DNA from: Macrostomum hystrix
Lineage: Eukaryota > Animalia > Platyhelminthes
Direction: 5' to 3'
Assembly (NCBI GenBank): GCA_950097015.1
Contig: CATNEN010000029.1
Span: 4,526,001-4,590,000, forward strand
DNA: 64,000 nucleotides
Below the pieces are notes generated by a model. The model saw only the letters and a list, made by a program, of their open reading frames with translations, did not search any database and was not told where the DNA came from. Shown piece by piece: positions 50,547-62,985 of the stretch (the stretch's first letter is position 1; each line of letters opens with the position of its first letter). The position numbers and the translations under genes were made by a program.

Positions 50547-50880
50547 CTTGTTGAAGGTCCAGCAGCTCCGTCTAGATAAAGGTCGGTGAGCGCCGAAGTC
50601 GGAGATGATGCAAGCACATTCGGGTGACATGCTGATAAAGTTTGAAAGGTCTGGAAAGGCCGCACTGAGGCGCAGTGCAAATTCGTTAATGAAATACACT
50701 AGCTCTTATGGGAAAAATCGGACCTTCGGCCAGAAACATTGAATATCTCGACGGTCTGAAGAGCTGGCGACTTGATTCTTGTTTCAACAGATGCGCAACA
50801 AAAAGTTGGTCCGTGTTCTTGAGTTTCGTGTGCTTGCATTGTTCCGTTCAGGTGCAGCAAAAAAATTGTCAGGGGGGGGA
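50547..50880. mobile_element. Unclassified interspersed repeat, copy 2 (homolog at 34690-34990)
   Basis: Shared blocks with copy 1, same orientation. Confidence 0.8.
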
Positions 50881-51179
50881 ATTTCCAACTCAACTAAAAG
50901 ATATTGAGTTGAGCATTCCCACTTTAGTGTTTCTTTTTTTCGTGTTTAAGCGCGTGAGTCACTTATCGAAGCAACTAAATCACACATGTGCTAAGAAATC
51001 TTAGCTTTCTTGGTTCGTCTATAGAATATCGAAATATTCGCGATTACTTACTTTAAGTAGGGAGATAAAAGTATTATTTGAAGTATCTTAAATATCTTAA
51101 AATCGATTTAATTCGGTCCGTATCATAGATATTTCAGGCGATTCCAACAAGATATTCTTAATTTGGTCCCCTATTAAAG

Positions 51180-51790
51180 ATATTTGAGGCGATTCCTAAG
51201 AGATTTGAGGCGAATTTTAAAAGATTTGATGCGATTCTTAAGAGATTTGAGGCGATTCTTAAGATATTCGAGGCGATTCCTAAGAGATTTGAGGCGATTC
51301 CTAAGAGATTTGAGGCGATTCCTAAGATATTTGAGGCGATTCTTAAGAGATTCGAGGCGATTCCTAAGAGATTTGAGGCGATTCCTAAGAGATTTGAGGC
51401 GATTCCTAAGATATTTGAGGCGATTCTTAAGAGATTTGAGGCGATTCCTAAGAGATTTGAGGCGATTCCTAAGAGATTTGAGGCGATTCTTAAGAGATTT
51501 GAGGCGATTCCTAAGAGATTTGAGGCGATTCCTAAGAGATTTGAGGCGATTCCTAAGAGATTTGAGGCGATTCCTAAGAGATTTGAGGCGATTCTTAAGA
51601 GATTTGAGGCGATTCCTAAGAGATTTGAGGCGATTCTTAAGAGATTTGAGGCGATTCCTAAGAGATTTGAGGAGATTCTTAAGAGATTTGAGACGATTCC
51701 TAAGAGATTTGAGGCGATTCCTAAGAGATTTGAGGCGATTCCTAAGAGATTTGAGGCGATTCTTAAGAGATTTGAGGCGACTTTTAAAAT
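51180..51790. repeat. 21-bp tandem array (TTCCTAAGAGATTTGAGGCGA)
   Basis: Direct. Confidence 0.95.
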
Positions 51791-52104
51791 TATTTGAGGA
51801 GATTTATATTCTAGATTTCTTCGATTCCTATAAGAGCTCTGAGGTGATTGCTTTTAAGGAGTGAAACGGATATCTACCCCAGCTAGAAAGGACACAAAAA
51901 GCCGAAGTACACAATTCGTGACAGAACATAAGAGTTTTTTTTCAATCCAATGAATGCCAAGCCATCAGCCAGGAAGCCAGTCTGCAAGGTGCATACTGCA
52001 TAATTCTTTTGTAATTATAATTCCATCATTGTTACAACGCGCCAGCAGTCAAAATTGCCAACGAATTTTACTTGTCAAATCTAAATCGTTTGATGCAAAC
52101 TGAT

Positions 52105-52661
52105 TCACTCGAGAGCCTCCGTCCGCTTCTGGGCCACGCGGTCCTGGCGCCGCTTCCTGGCCTCCTTGGCGCGGGTGCGCCTGGCCTCGGCCTGGTCCAT
52201 GAGCTGCTTGGTGCGGGCTCGCTCGGCCTTCTTCCTGTGGATGTGCTCTAACCAGGATGCGCTTGTTCTTGAAGCCGTTACCTTTGCAGCTGACGTACAG
52301 CTGGTGGTAAAGGTGCTTGTCGATCTTCTTGGCCTCGCGGTAGCGCTTGAGAAGGCGGCGAAGGACGCGCATTCTGCGCATCCACAGAACCTTCTCAGGC
52401 ATGCGAGCGTTGGCCGTACCCTTGCGCTTACCCTGGCCCATGTGGCGACCTTTGCGCCTGGCGATTAAATTCTTGCGACAGCGGGCGCGGGAATGGACAG
52501 CGACCGGCTTGCGAATGATCAGGCCGTCCTTCACCAGCTTGCGAATATTCTGCCGGCTGTTGGCATTGGCAATCTCGCTGTTCTCATTGGGATCTAGCCA
52601 GATCTTGGCCTTGCCGCACTTCAGCACAGCGGCGGCTAGTCTCTTCTGCAGACGGAGGTTG
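52105..52661 (-). CDS. RPL19: 60S ribosomal protein L19 (eL19), main exon, with a 1-nt insertion near 52250
   Basis: [26 protein letters not shown]...[17 protein letters not shown]; after the shift [24 protein letters not shown]...EALE*; TTAG acceptor at 52662. Confidence 0.95.
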
Positions 52662-52808
52662 CTAATGAGAGAAGGCGGGATGGGCGGAAAACACAGGTGT
52701 CAGCTTGAAGCTTGCGAATTATATATGCTCTTTTGGAATATTATATTGCATAGTCCTTCCATTAAGCAAACACTACAAACCACACATTAACAAGTGTATT
52801 TCCTAGAA

Positions 52809-53950
52809 CAGCGGTTCTCAACCTTTTATTCAGGCGACCCTAATTTATTCCCATGCATCTTTTTTGTTTGTTTGCGACCCCTATAATAAGCATGCGACCA
52901 TGCGATAGCCAGCGAACTTTGGTGTGGAGAAGTAGGGAACTGTGCTCAGCCTCCATTTCCTCGCACAGCGCTGTGAACAGTCGATGATTCAGAGGTCAGA
53001 TTTTGATGAAGTTCACCACGGAAACGTCTGTCAGCTGACAAGTCTTTGGCTGCCAGTGCTTCACGATGGATGAAGCAATGTGTCCAGCTAGCGTCAGGCG
53101 TGACATCCTGGATGCGTTTCACAGCACCACTGTTCTTTCCTGTGCACGCTGCCTGTGCACGCTGGTTCAGTGATACCAACTGATGGAATTTGACGCCTTA
53201 ACTTCTCCATAAAGTATACTCGCGTGGCTTAGTCGCAACTTCAGGGTGCTATGTTTGCAGATGGCGCTTGAGTTTTTTTGGTTTCATTGACTCCTTTGAC
53301 AATAATGTGACTTCGCAGATAACACATTGTGGTTTTTCATTTGCAGTTGTGAAACCGAACTCAAGAAATGCTTCATTATAACTGCACTTAGGTGAGTTTG
53401 CAGACGATGCCATTAACAACAGATGAGATTGAATATCTAAATAGATGCCTCTCTAATCCTAATCTAACCCTAATCCTAAGCAGGTTATTGTGCCTCCAAT
53501 CGGCTAAGCCAAAAGGAATGGGAATGCATTTAAATGTGGGGGTGGATTGTTGAGAGGAGTTCCTCCTCTGGGTAAGGAGTTGTGATTGTTCGTTTTAAGC
53601 TCGCTGGGGTAACAAGGTAAAAGGGAGACAGAGAAGGAAAGTTTGTTTTGCTTGTCGTGTGGTGTCGTGTGACTCAGCCCATATCTAGCAGAACAGGCTT
53701 AGCTTGCGACTGCGTGCATATTTTTTGTTGCGACTTCAAGTTGAGTGCTAGGCCACTAGTGCTATAGCCATTGCAATGTAGCTAACAGCCTTTGACTTAC
53801 TTTTACTTTTACTAAGAATGTTTTACTCTAATATCTCTAAAGGGATTCTTCCCCAATAAAAAATACATGTTTTTTTCTTTTTGCTGCAACCCCCAGAAAA
53901 TGGTCACACAACCCCACTGGGGGTTGCGACCCACAGGTTGAGAACCACTG
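52809..53950 (-). mobile_element. Internally deleted hAT (Buster/ZBED5-type) DNA transposon in RPL19 intron 1
   Basis: TIRs CAGCGGTTCTCAACCT / AGGTTGAGAACCACTG; perfect 8-bp TSD TCCTAGAA; remnants KPQCVIC..SMKPKKLKRHL (BED finger) and WTHCFIHREALA. Confidence 0.95.
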
Positions 53951-55184
53951 TCCTAGAATATTCTTTAATGTATGCTTGTGTTTTACTTTTTTTAATTAAA
54001 AAGAAAAAATATAAACAAACTAATTTTGATCCAGAAAATCCAAACCTAGACCTACACAATAAACCAACACAGTTTTTAACTTTTAGTATAGTTGACAAAC
54101 AAACATACAAGATTTTCATTTTTTGTATATTAGATGTAGCTAATTTTTATTTAACAACATGAGATGATTAAACTTATCAATTAGTGTATTTTTTCTAAAA
54201 ATGTAATAGATGGTCAGATATAATTTGTCAAAGTATTTCAATAGGGTATTATATATCAAAAGAGGGGTTTTAGAGTGAAACTTAACAACCTAATAATTTA
54301 ACCTAATTTGTCAGCATAGTAATCCTATTCAATGTAAAATCGAAATTTAGTACTTTAATACTGATTGTTAATAGAAAAAAATAGATTCCATAGTGTAGAT
54401 AACGAAAAAATGAATTATATACTTTTAGAATTTTTTAAATCCAATTAAAAAATGAAAAGTTATCGCAATTATTTTGTTTTCCAAGTCAAAATCTATCCAG
54501 TCACCTGGATCACAGCCCCTAATGGGAAAAATACATTACGAAAACATTTAAAATGTTGATCAAAAATTGTTTAACTTTTTTATTAATTGACCAATTTTGA
54601 TGAGTGAGGTGTCTTTTAACTCAGACAAGCAAGATCTGTAACACAAGAAAACCAAAAATATGGAATTTTTTTATTTCTCACTGGAGCTCCTACAATAAGT
54701 ATCCAGGATACATTGCAAGGGCTTCTTTGCAGTATAAACTTAATGAAGTATATTAAGTGTCAATATTATCTAGTATGTTTCATGCATATGGATTATGTAT
54801 AACCTTCCATTTAATTTCCATAAATCGGAAAAACGATGGTATAGAATACAAAACAGTAACTTTTAAATCTAGCAAATCTAGCTAGCTGAAAAGTAGAACT
54901 GCTTGTTTAGATAGCTTAAAGCATTTTGCAGATAATCAATTCATCCATATTACTTTTTAGCAAAACATTGGTTGGCTGCTAATTATTTATATATATATAT
55001 ATATAATGCATACATACTATTGCTATAATATCATTCTATATGAATTAGCCTAATAGTATTTTTATTAAAACTTGCTAAAATAAAATATCTGCTAGCAATC
55101 ACAAGATGCCCAATGAGTCACAACGGAGACGATTTAGACACATTGGTCAGTAAATATAAGATAAATATATTATTAGTTTCTTAC

Positions 55185-55189
55185 CTCAT
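55185..55189 (-). CDS. RPL19: RPL19 first coding exon (ATG AG)
   Basis: Minus strand CTTTCAG-G-ATG-AG|GTAAGA; joins C AAC CTC to give MSNLRLQK; same 5-nt first coding exon as in vertebrate RPL19. Confidence 0.8.
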
Positions 55190-56863
55190 CCTGAAAGACT
55201 GACAACTACCTCTTGACTAAGCAATTCTTTAGTTATGTTTGTCTTGTGCTTATCAACAGAAAGTAAGTTTTCGAACTGTGCAAATTCACATATTGCAGAG
55301 TGCCACGATTTAAAATAAAATTGTGCCAGAAACTGTTATTCTAATTAGTGAATTAAAACGCTGAAGAAAACATGCTAGCCCAGTAAAATGTACTACACTG
55401 TTATATTGCTATCTTTATAAAGTAATAATTTGAAAGCTTTGTTTATACTATATTGTTGTTGCAATTCAAAGTCGTACATTTTAAAAGCATTTGCTGACAA
55501 AGCAACGGATAATTGATCTAAAACGTTAAGTAATACTGTAGCGGACCTAAAAGCGAAGATTTCGGTATGTCGATTCGGAGCTCTAAAGTTATCCAACGTC
55601 TCTCACGTACTTTGCCATGCCACTTGACCATCGTTTCCCCAAACCCTTGTTGGCTTAGTTATCGTCTATGGTCCTTATAGTCTGACGCACAGTTGCGACT
55701 TAGATGAAGTCACTTGTATGCGCGAGTTTGGTTGTTTAACTTTCTGCTCGCAAGCTAGAGAGCTACACACAAATATATGCTCGATTTCTGATCCTCTACA
55801 ATACTGTCAATAAAAACACAATCTTAATATCCAAGAGTACATAAACTAACACAAACTCTGCCCACCACCACTATCGCAAATTTAATATGCTGCTGTAGCA
55901 TAAACGTGATTTTGACATGTAAATGTATAAGGTTTAAACACAATAAGTGCGTCAAGTCCCTGGAAAGATCAAGAACGGCAGCCATTTACAGACCAAGATC
56001 TGCTTTTGGTTTCTTTACCTTCGTAAACCACTCATAGCCACAGGTGTTCAGCCTCCACACTCAGTATTTGGGCGATCGCAATTACGATTAAGTTTTGTTT
56101 GAGCTCCATCTCGGTGGTGCAGATTTCAGCACTTAAATTTAATTTTAAACAGCCAGTTTGGAAATGCAAGCTGGATACATGTAAAACGGGCCCTAATTGG
56201 GTTATTTTGATAAGATCTTTTCTGTACTTTGTCACTGTTTCTTTTCAGGGAGCAGTCCAAGTCCTTGAGAGCAGGACAGGAGGCCATCTATATACAACTT
56301 TCTCTAAAATAAGTCTTGAAAAATTACAAGTTGTAGAATGCCACTGGCGGAATAGCCTTGATAATACACTTCTGTACTAAATTCGATTTGAGCCAACATA
56401 GAAATCTCAGCAGCTTGTTTAATATAGAGTACATGCAAGTGTGTTTTCCCAGAAGAGTTGGCCCAATGAGCGCAAAAGCAGCAAGTAAATAACAGATAAA
56501 TAGAGCTGATAAATCACACTGATTTGAATTTGCCACGAAGGCGGCCTCGTTATAATGGACTGCAGTGTCGCCTCCAAATTGCTAAATAAGTTTTTGGCAC
56601 TTTCCCTGCTGATAATGCGAACGTTTCGTCGAGCTAGGCTGTACAATTGGTGCCACTGCTGCTGCATAATGAGGATTTGGGGCAACTCCAATCTCTGTAG
56701 AATGAAGCAACACCCTTCTGACCCAACCAATCAGGGAACTGCTCAATTTGATTGCTGCTGCGCATCGCACAGAACGCACAGACACATACACAGATCAAAG
56801 TAGGAATCGACCGATCACCACAGAATTCTGCCTCCGTGTATAGCTATAGCGTTGACGCCTCTA

Positions 56864-56933
56864 ATGTCTCCATCTCTATGCCTCTGCATGGTCAGTGTAG
56901 CAGTTATTCTATGGCTAAAGCTGATGCCTTCAG
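56864..56933 (+). CDS. CA10-like: CA-related protein exon 1: signal peptide (MSPSLCLCMVSVAVILWLKLMPS)
   Basis: Hydrophobic N-terminus; GTGAGC donor phase 1. Confidence 0.7.
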
Positions 56934-57000
56934 GTGAGCTGCGAATCGCAATTAATTCTTGAACAGTAAGAAATAAATAGCATTTTAAACACCATTTCAG

Positions 57001-57078
57001 CGCTGGCAGTTTGGAAGGACGAAAACTGGAACTCCCAACTGGACGACTGGTGGCACTATAAGATTGGCGTGATTGGCG
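57001..57078 (+). CDS. CA10-like: CA-related protein exon 2 (LAVWKDENWNSQLDDWWHYKIGVIG)
   Basis: WWHY motif typical of CA10/11 N-termini; TTTCAG acceptor, phase 1/1. Confidence 0.85.
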
Positions 57079-57138
57079 GTGCGTGCATGATGCTTGTGCT
57101 GATATGCCCCAGGTCAGCGGGATTTCTGAGATTTCTGT

Positions 57139-58921
57139 GGAAGTGGGATATCTGGAAGTGGGATATCTGGAAGTGGGATATCTGGAAGTGGGATATCTGG
57201 AAGTGGGATTCCTGGAAGTGGGATATCTGGAAGTGGGATATCTGGAAGTGGGATATCTGGAAGTGGGATATCTGGAAGTGGGATTCCTGGAAGTGGGATA
57301 TCTGGAAGTGGGATATCTGGAAGTAGGATTCCTGGAAGTGGGATATCTGGAAGTGGGATATCTGGAAGTGGGATATCTGGAAGTGGGCCATCTGGAAGTG
57401 GGATATCTGGAAGTGGGATATCTGGAAGTGGGATATCTGGAAGTGGGATTCCTGGAAGTGGGATATCTGGAAGTGGGATATCTGGAAGTGGGATATCTGG
57501 AAGTGGGATATCTGGAAGTGGGATATCTGGAAGTGGGATTCCTGGAAGTGGGATATCTGGAAGTGGGATATCTGGAAGTAGGATTCCTGGAAGTGGGATA
57601 TCTGGAAGTGGGATATCTGGAAGTGGGATATCTGGAAGTGGGATATCTGGAAGTGGGATATCTGGAAGTGGGATATCTGGAAGTGGGATATATCTGGAAG
57701 TGGGATATCTGGAAGTGGGATATCTGGAAGTGGGATATCTGGAAGTGGGATATCTGGAAGTGGGATATCTGGAAGTGGGATATCTGGAAGTGGGACATCT
57801 GGAAGTGGGATATCTGGAAGTGGGACATCTGGAAGTGGGATTCCTGGAAGTGGGATATCTGGAAGTGGGATTCCTGGAAGTGGGATATCTGGAAGTGGGA
57901 TATCTGGAAGTGGGATATCTGGAAGTGGGATTCCTGGAAGTGGGATATCTGGAAGTGGGATATCTGGAAGTAGGATTCCTGGAAGTGGGATATCTGGAAG
58001 TGGGATATCTGGAAGTGGGATATCTGGAAGTGGGACATCTGGAAGTGGGATATCTGGAAGTGGGATATCTGGAAGTGGGATATCTGGAAGTGGGATTCCT
58101 GGAAGTGGGATATCTGGAAGTGGGATATCTGGAAGTGGGATATCTGGAAGTGGGATATCTGGAAGTGGGATTCCTGGAAGTGGGATATCTGGAAGTGGGA
58201 TATCTGGAAGTAGGATTCCTGGAAGTGGGATATCTGGAAGTGGGATATCTGGAAGTGGGATATCTGGAAGTGGGATATCTGGAAGTGGGATATCTGGAAG
58301 TGGGATATCTGGAAGTGGGATATCTGGAAGTGGGATATCTGGAAGTGGGATATCTGGAAGTGGGATATCTGGAAGTGGGATATCTGGAAGTGGGATATCT
58401 GGAAGTGGGATATCTGGAAGTGGGATATCTGGAAGTGGGATATCTGGAAGTGGGACATCTGGAAGTGGGATATCTGGAAGTGGGACATCTGGAAGTGGGA
58501 TTCCTGGAAGTGGGATATCTGGAAGTGGGATTCCTGGAAGTGGGATATCTGGAAGTGGGATATCTGGAAGTGGAATTCCTGGAAGTGGGATATCTGGAAG
58601 TGGGATATCTGGAAGTGGGATATCTGGAAGTGGGGTTCCTGGAAGTGAGATATCTGGAAGTGGGACATCTGGAAGTGGGACATCTGGAAGTGGGATATCT
58701 GGAAGTGGGATATCTGGAAGTGGGATTCCTGGAAGTGGGATATCTGGAAGTGGGATATCTGGAAGTGGGATATCTGGAAGTGGGACATCTGGAAGTGGGA
58801 TATCTGGAAGTGGGATATCTGGAAGTGGGACATCTGGAAGTGGGATATCTGGAAGTGGGATATCTGGAAGTGGGATATCTGGAAGTGGGATATCTGGAAG
58901 TGGGATATATGGAAGTGGGAC
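57139..58921. repeat. 15-bp tandem array (GGAAGTGGGATATCT), intronic
   Basis: Direct; source of the 631-744 aa artefact ORFs. Confidence 0.97.
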
Positions 58922-58968
58922 ATAATGAGGAATTCGCATCCCAGCTCCCATCGCAATCGCAACTCCAG

Positions 58969-59123
58969 GCCCAGATCAGTGGGGTCGGCGAGCCTACATG
59001 TCCTACAACACCTGGCACGTGTGTCACCTGGGCAGGCATCAGTCGCCAATTAACGTCGCCACGGCTAATTTAGTATTCGACTCGAACCTCGGACCTCTAG
59101 TCTTTGTTGGCGCAGATAGACCC
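58969..59123 (+). CDS. CA10-like: CA-related protein exon 3 (PDQWG...TWHVCHLGRHQSPINV...)
   Basis: Alpha-CA WG..C..G..QSPINV motif; splice phases 1/0. Confidence 0.92.
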
Positions 59124-59193
59124 GTGAGACTGGTTCTAAAGATTCTAAATGAGCCTTGAATTTTTTAACAAACAACTCATTCCTTAAATTTAG

Positions 59194-59376
59194 AGCCGCG
59201 TGTCAGTCACTAACACAGGAACAGACATTACGCTGAGGTTCGAATCTGGTCGGGCTTTCGCATCGGGCGGTCCGCTATCCTACAATTATTCTATATTTGG
59301 CGCTCTGGTCAAATTCGGGTCCAGTGACAGACGCGGCTCCGACCACCGGATCGACGCCGGTGCTTTTCCAGGCGAG
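59194..59376 (+). CDS. CA10-like: CA-related protein exon 4 (SRVSVTNTGTD...GGPLSYNY...GSDHRIDAGAFPGE)
   Basis: GGPL..Y and GS[E/D]H..FPGE motifs; phases 0/0. Confidence 0.93.
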
Positions 59377-59503
59377 GTGAGAGCTGCATAACACCTGGAA
59401 ATTTGCATAACTTGCATCATAGCTGGTCAGGCTATCAGACCTCACTCATACACCCGTTAACGTACTTTTGAAAGAGTAAGATATGATCAATTATCAATTT
59501 CAG

Positions 59504-59599
59504 CTTCAATTTTACGCCTTCAATTCTGATTTGCATGCTGATTTTCCTAGCGCCTTGGCCTCAGCCAACGGGATTGCAGCTATTTCTGCATTTTTAAAG
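59504..59599 (+). CDS. CA10-like: CA-related protein exon 5 (LQFYAFNSDLHADFPSALASANGIAAISAFLK)
   Basis: ELQ..N..A...G+A++ motif; phases 0/0. Confidence 0.9.
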
Positions 59600-59688
59600 G
59601 TAAAATCCAATGCTCATCTTTGTAAGCACGAATCATAACCTTAACTAGCTTTACCTCTGCAATGTGAATTGTGTGATTTATGTTTTAG

Positions 59689-59755
59689 ATTGAAGCTGCA
59701 TCAACAAAGGACGTCGCGGCACTGATTGAAGCCACTAAAAAAACTGTTTTAAAAG
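59689..59755 (+). CDS. CA10-like: CA-related protein exon 6 (IEAASTKDVAALIEATKKTVLK)
   Basis: TTTTAG acceptor phase 0; weak donor in phase 1, compatible with exon 7. Confidence 0.75.
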
Positions 59756-59778
59756 GTTCACTTACTTTTCAGCTGTCT

Positions 59779-60675
59779 CCTAGACCTGCTGACACAGATT
59801 CTATGACCACTCCTAGACCTGCTGACACAGATTCTATGACCACTCCTAGACCTGCTGACACAGATTCTATGACCACTCCTAGACCTGCTGACACAGATTC
59901 TATGACCACTCCTAGACCTGCTGACACAGATTCTCTGACCACTCCTAGACCTGCTGACACAGATTCTATGACCACTCCTAGACCTGCTGACACAGATTCT
60001 ATGACCACTCCTAGACCTGCTGACACAGATTCTATGACCACTCCTAGACCTGCTGACACAGATTCTATGACCACTCCTAGACCTGCTGACACAGATTCCC
60101 TGACCACTCCTAGACCTGCTGACACAGATTCCCTGACCACTCCTAGACTTGCTGACACAGATTCCCTGACCACTCCTAGACCTGCTGACACAGATTCCCT
60201 GACCACTCCTTGACCTGCTGACACAGATTCCCTGACCACTCCTAGACCTGCTGACACAGATTCCCTGACCACTCCTAGACCTGCTGACACAGATTCCCTG
60301 ACCACTCATTGACCTGCTGACACAGATTCTATGACCACTCCTAGACCTGCTGACACAGATTCTCTGACAGCTCCTAGACATGCTGACAACAGATTCTATG
60401 ACAACTCCTAGACCTACTGACACAGATTCCCTGACCACTCCTAGACCTGCTGACACAGATTCTCTGACCACTCCTAGACCTGCTGACACAGATTCTCTGA
60501 CAACTCCTAGACCTGCTGACACAGATTCTCTGACAACTCCTAGACCTGCTGACACAGATTCTCTGACAACTCCTAGACCTGCTGACACAGATTCCCTGAC
60601 AACTCCTAGACATGCTGACACAGATTCCCTGACCACTCCTAGACCTGCTGACACAGATTCTCTGACAACTCCTAG
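59779..60675. repeat. 33-bp tandem array (CCTAGACCTGCTGACACAGATTCTATGACCACT), intronic
   Basis: Direct. Confidence 0.95.
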
Positions 60676-60897
60676 ACTGACTGAACCAGACACAGCTGTC
60701 TAATACCCCATTAACTCTAAGAGCCAAAGAATTTAGCGTTTTTTAGTGGCACGCTACTAGCATAAGTAGGGCATTAAGCATCAGATACATAAAGTATATT
60801 TATGAAAACTAGCTTCATAAGCATCAGCTAGGGCACGACACTTCCAAAGGCCGTGTACAACTATACTGAGCAGTGCTGAGCAGTGACTTGCTCAACA

Positions 60898-60970
60898 ACA
60901 AAAATGTCTCCATTTGGTCTGAGATTTGAACTCCCGACCTCTCGATCAGAAAACCGCTAGGCTACAAGCG
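60898..60970 (-). mobile_element. tRNA-like SINE head fragment (family B-like)
   Basis: Minus strand TGTAGCCTAGCGG...GGTCGGGAGTTCAAATCTC. Confidence 0.5.
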
Positions 60971-61016
60971 AAAGTGCAACCACAGTGGGATCGCCTCCTA
61001 TCCGCCTCTTCCGTAG

Positions 61017-61171
61017 GCAATCGCGTGGAAATTTCCGGCATAATTTTGAAGAACTTGCTGCCAGATTCAACTGAGTACATCACTTACGAGGGCTCGCTAC
61101 CATTTCCCGGCTGCTACGAGTCTGTGACTTGGCTCATTCTCAACCGGCCCCTGGCGGTCACGGCCGGTCAG
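61017..61171 (+). CDS. CA10-like: CA-related protein exon 7 (…LLPDSTEYITYEGSLPFPGCYESVTWLILNRP…)
   Basis: YITYEGS..P.CYE...W motif as in CA10; phases 1/0. Confidence 0.95.
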
Positions 61172-61484
61172 GTGAGGCTGTTTTAGCAAAAGCCGACTAA
61201 GAAAAACTGATCAATTTCTAGCGGATGTACTTTCCGCATGCAATTAGCATAATTAGGATTCAATAGTAGAGAATACGTGGCGCTTCCAAGCTTGATCCAA
61301 CTGACGAGAGATTGTTAGTGCCAAAAGTCTTATTGATGGATGCCAGAGTTTAAAAGTGCAACCGATAGAATCATTTCATAGCTGCTAGAGTGCAAACTGT
61401 GAACCCAACATAGAAGGAAAATTCTGTGAGAAATATCTCTTTTCTAAACGAGTTTTTTCAAACAAAATGTTTGACACAACAAAA

Positions 61485-61895
61485 TAAAATTCCTGACACA
61501 TTGAAATAAAATTCCTGACACAATGAAATCGCATTTCTGACACTATAAAAACACATTACTGACACAATTATTCGCAATTCTGACACAATGAAATGTCAAT
61601 TCTGATACAATGAAAAGTCAATTCTGACACAATGAAATATCAATTCTGACACAATGAAATGTCAATTCTGACACAATGAAATATCAATTCTGACACAATG
61701 AAATGTCAATTCTGACACAATGAAATATCAATTCTGACACAATGAAATGTCAATTCTGACACAATGAAATATCAATTCTGACACATTACGAACACTTTCC
61801 TGACACAATCAAATTTCATTGATGACACAAAGAAGTAAAATTTCTGACACAATTCAATATCATATCTGGTGCAATAAAAATTTTACTGACACATT
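61485..61895. repeat. 22-bp degenerate array (CAATTCTGACACAATGAAATGT)
   Basis: Direct. Confidence 0.85.
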
Positions 61896-61935
61896 GAAAT
61901 AACATTTCTAAAAGAATAGATACTCACTTTTTCAG

Positions 61936-62073
61936 TTGGAGACGCTGAGAAAACTGCGTATTTCAAGTGTTCCATCATCAGCTTTTATGTCTGATAACTG
62001 GCGACCAACCCAGCCTGTACACAAGCGCAGCGTGCGGACCAATATTAGGCTGAGGAGTCGACTGCACGATAAG
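61936..62073 (+). CDS. CA10-like: CA-related protein exon 8 (LETLRKL...MSDNWRPTQPVHKRSVRTNI...)
   Basis: DN.RP.QP..R..RTNI C-terminal CA motif; phases 0/0. Confidence 0.93.
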
Positions 62074-62164
62074 GTAATTATTCTATATTCTTTGTAGAAC
62101 TACTAATACAGTGTATTTTTAAAACAAATGTTTTCCTGATTTAAGCTCGTGTTATCACAATATT

Positions 62165-62795
62165 CCAACCGTGTTCTCATGATTCCAACCGGTGTTCTCG
62201 TGATTCCAACCGGTGTTCTCATGATTCCAACCGGTGTTCTCATGATTCCAACCGGTGTTCTCATGATTCCAACCGTGTTCTCATGATTCCAACCGGTGTT
62301 CTCATGATTCCAACCGGTGTTCTCATGATTCCAACCGGTGTTCTCATGATTCCAACCGGTGTTCTCATGATTCCAACAGGTGTTCTCATAATTCCAACAT
62401 CTGTTCTCATAATTCTAGCTGTGTTCTCATAATTCTAGCTGTGTTCTCATAATTCTAGCTGTGTTCTCATAATTCTAGTTGTGTTCTCATAATTCTAGCT
62501 GTGTTCTCATAATTCTAGCTGTGTTCTCATAATTCTAGCTGTGTTCTCATAATTCTAGCATGTGTTCTCATGGTTCCAACCGGTGTTCTCATGATTCCAA
62601 CCGGTGTTCTCATGATTCCAACAGGTGTTCTCATAATTCCAACATCTGTTCTCATAATTCTAGCTGTGTTCTCATAATTCTAGCTGTGTTCTCATAATTC
62701 TAACAGGTGTTCTCATAATTCTAACAGGTGTTCTCATAATTCTAACAGGTGTTCTCATAATTCTAACAGGTGTTCTCATAATTCTAACAGGTGTT
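62165..62795. repeat. 20/21-bp composite array (GGTGTTCTCATGATTCCAACC / GTGTTCTCATAATTCTAGCT)
   Basis: Direct. Confidence 0.92.
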
Positions 62796-62848
62796 CTTAG
62801 CCAAAATCTTTATTGTTATCTTAAATTTTTTATCAATGTCACTTTCAG

Positions 62849-62888
62849 ATCGATACATGTGAAACCTCAACGCCCCAATACTTTCATA
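62849..62888 (+). CDS. CA10-like: CA-related protein exon 9 (IDTCETSTPQYFH)
   Basis: TTTCAG acceptor, GTGAGT donor; Cys in a position like the CA10 C-tail. Confidence 0.6.
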
Positions 62889-62985
62889 GTGAGTCAATAA
62901 TAATTTTCTGTTTCCAACTTGGTCCAAATAAAATAATTAAATAATAATATGAAATCACTAGACAACTATAATCTGACAATTTCAG

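Noticed and set aside
52105-52661. RPL19 processed pseudogene
   Set aside because: A splice acceptor precedes the exon and the ATG-AG first exon with a GTAAG donor is at 55185-55189
56815-59073. Long ORFs of 296-744 aa (QISHF, DIPLP, YPTSR, GYLEV repeats)
   Set aside because: All are readings of a 15-bp minisatellite inside a phase-consistent intron of the CA gene
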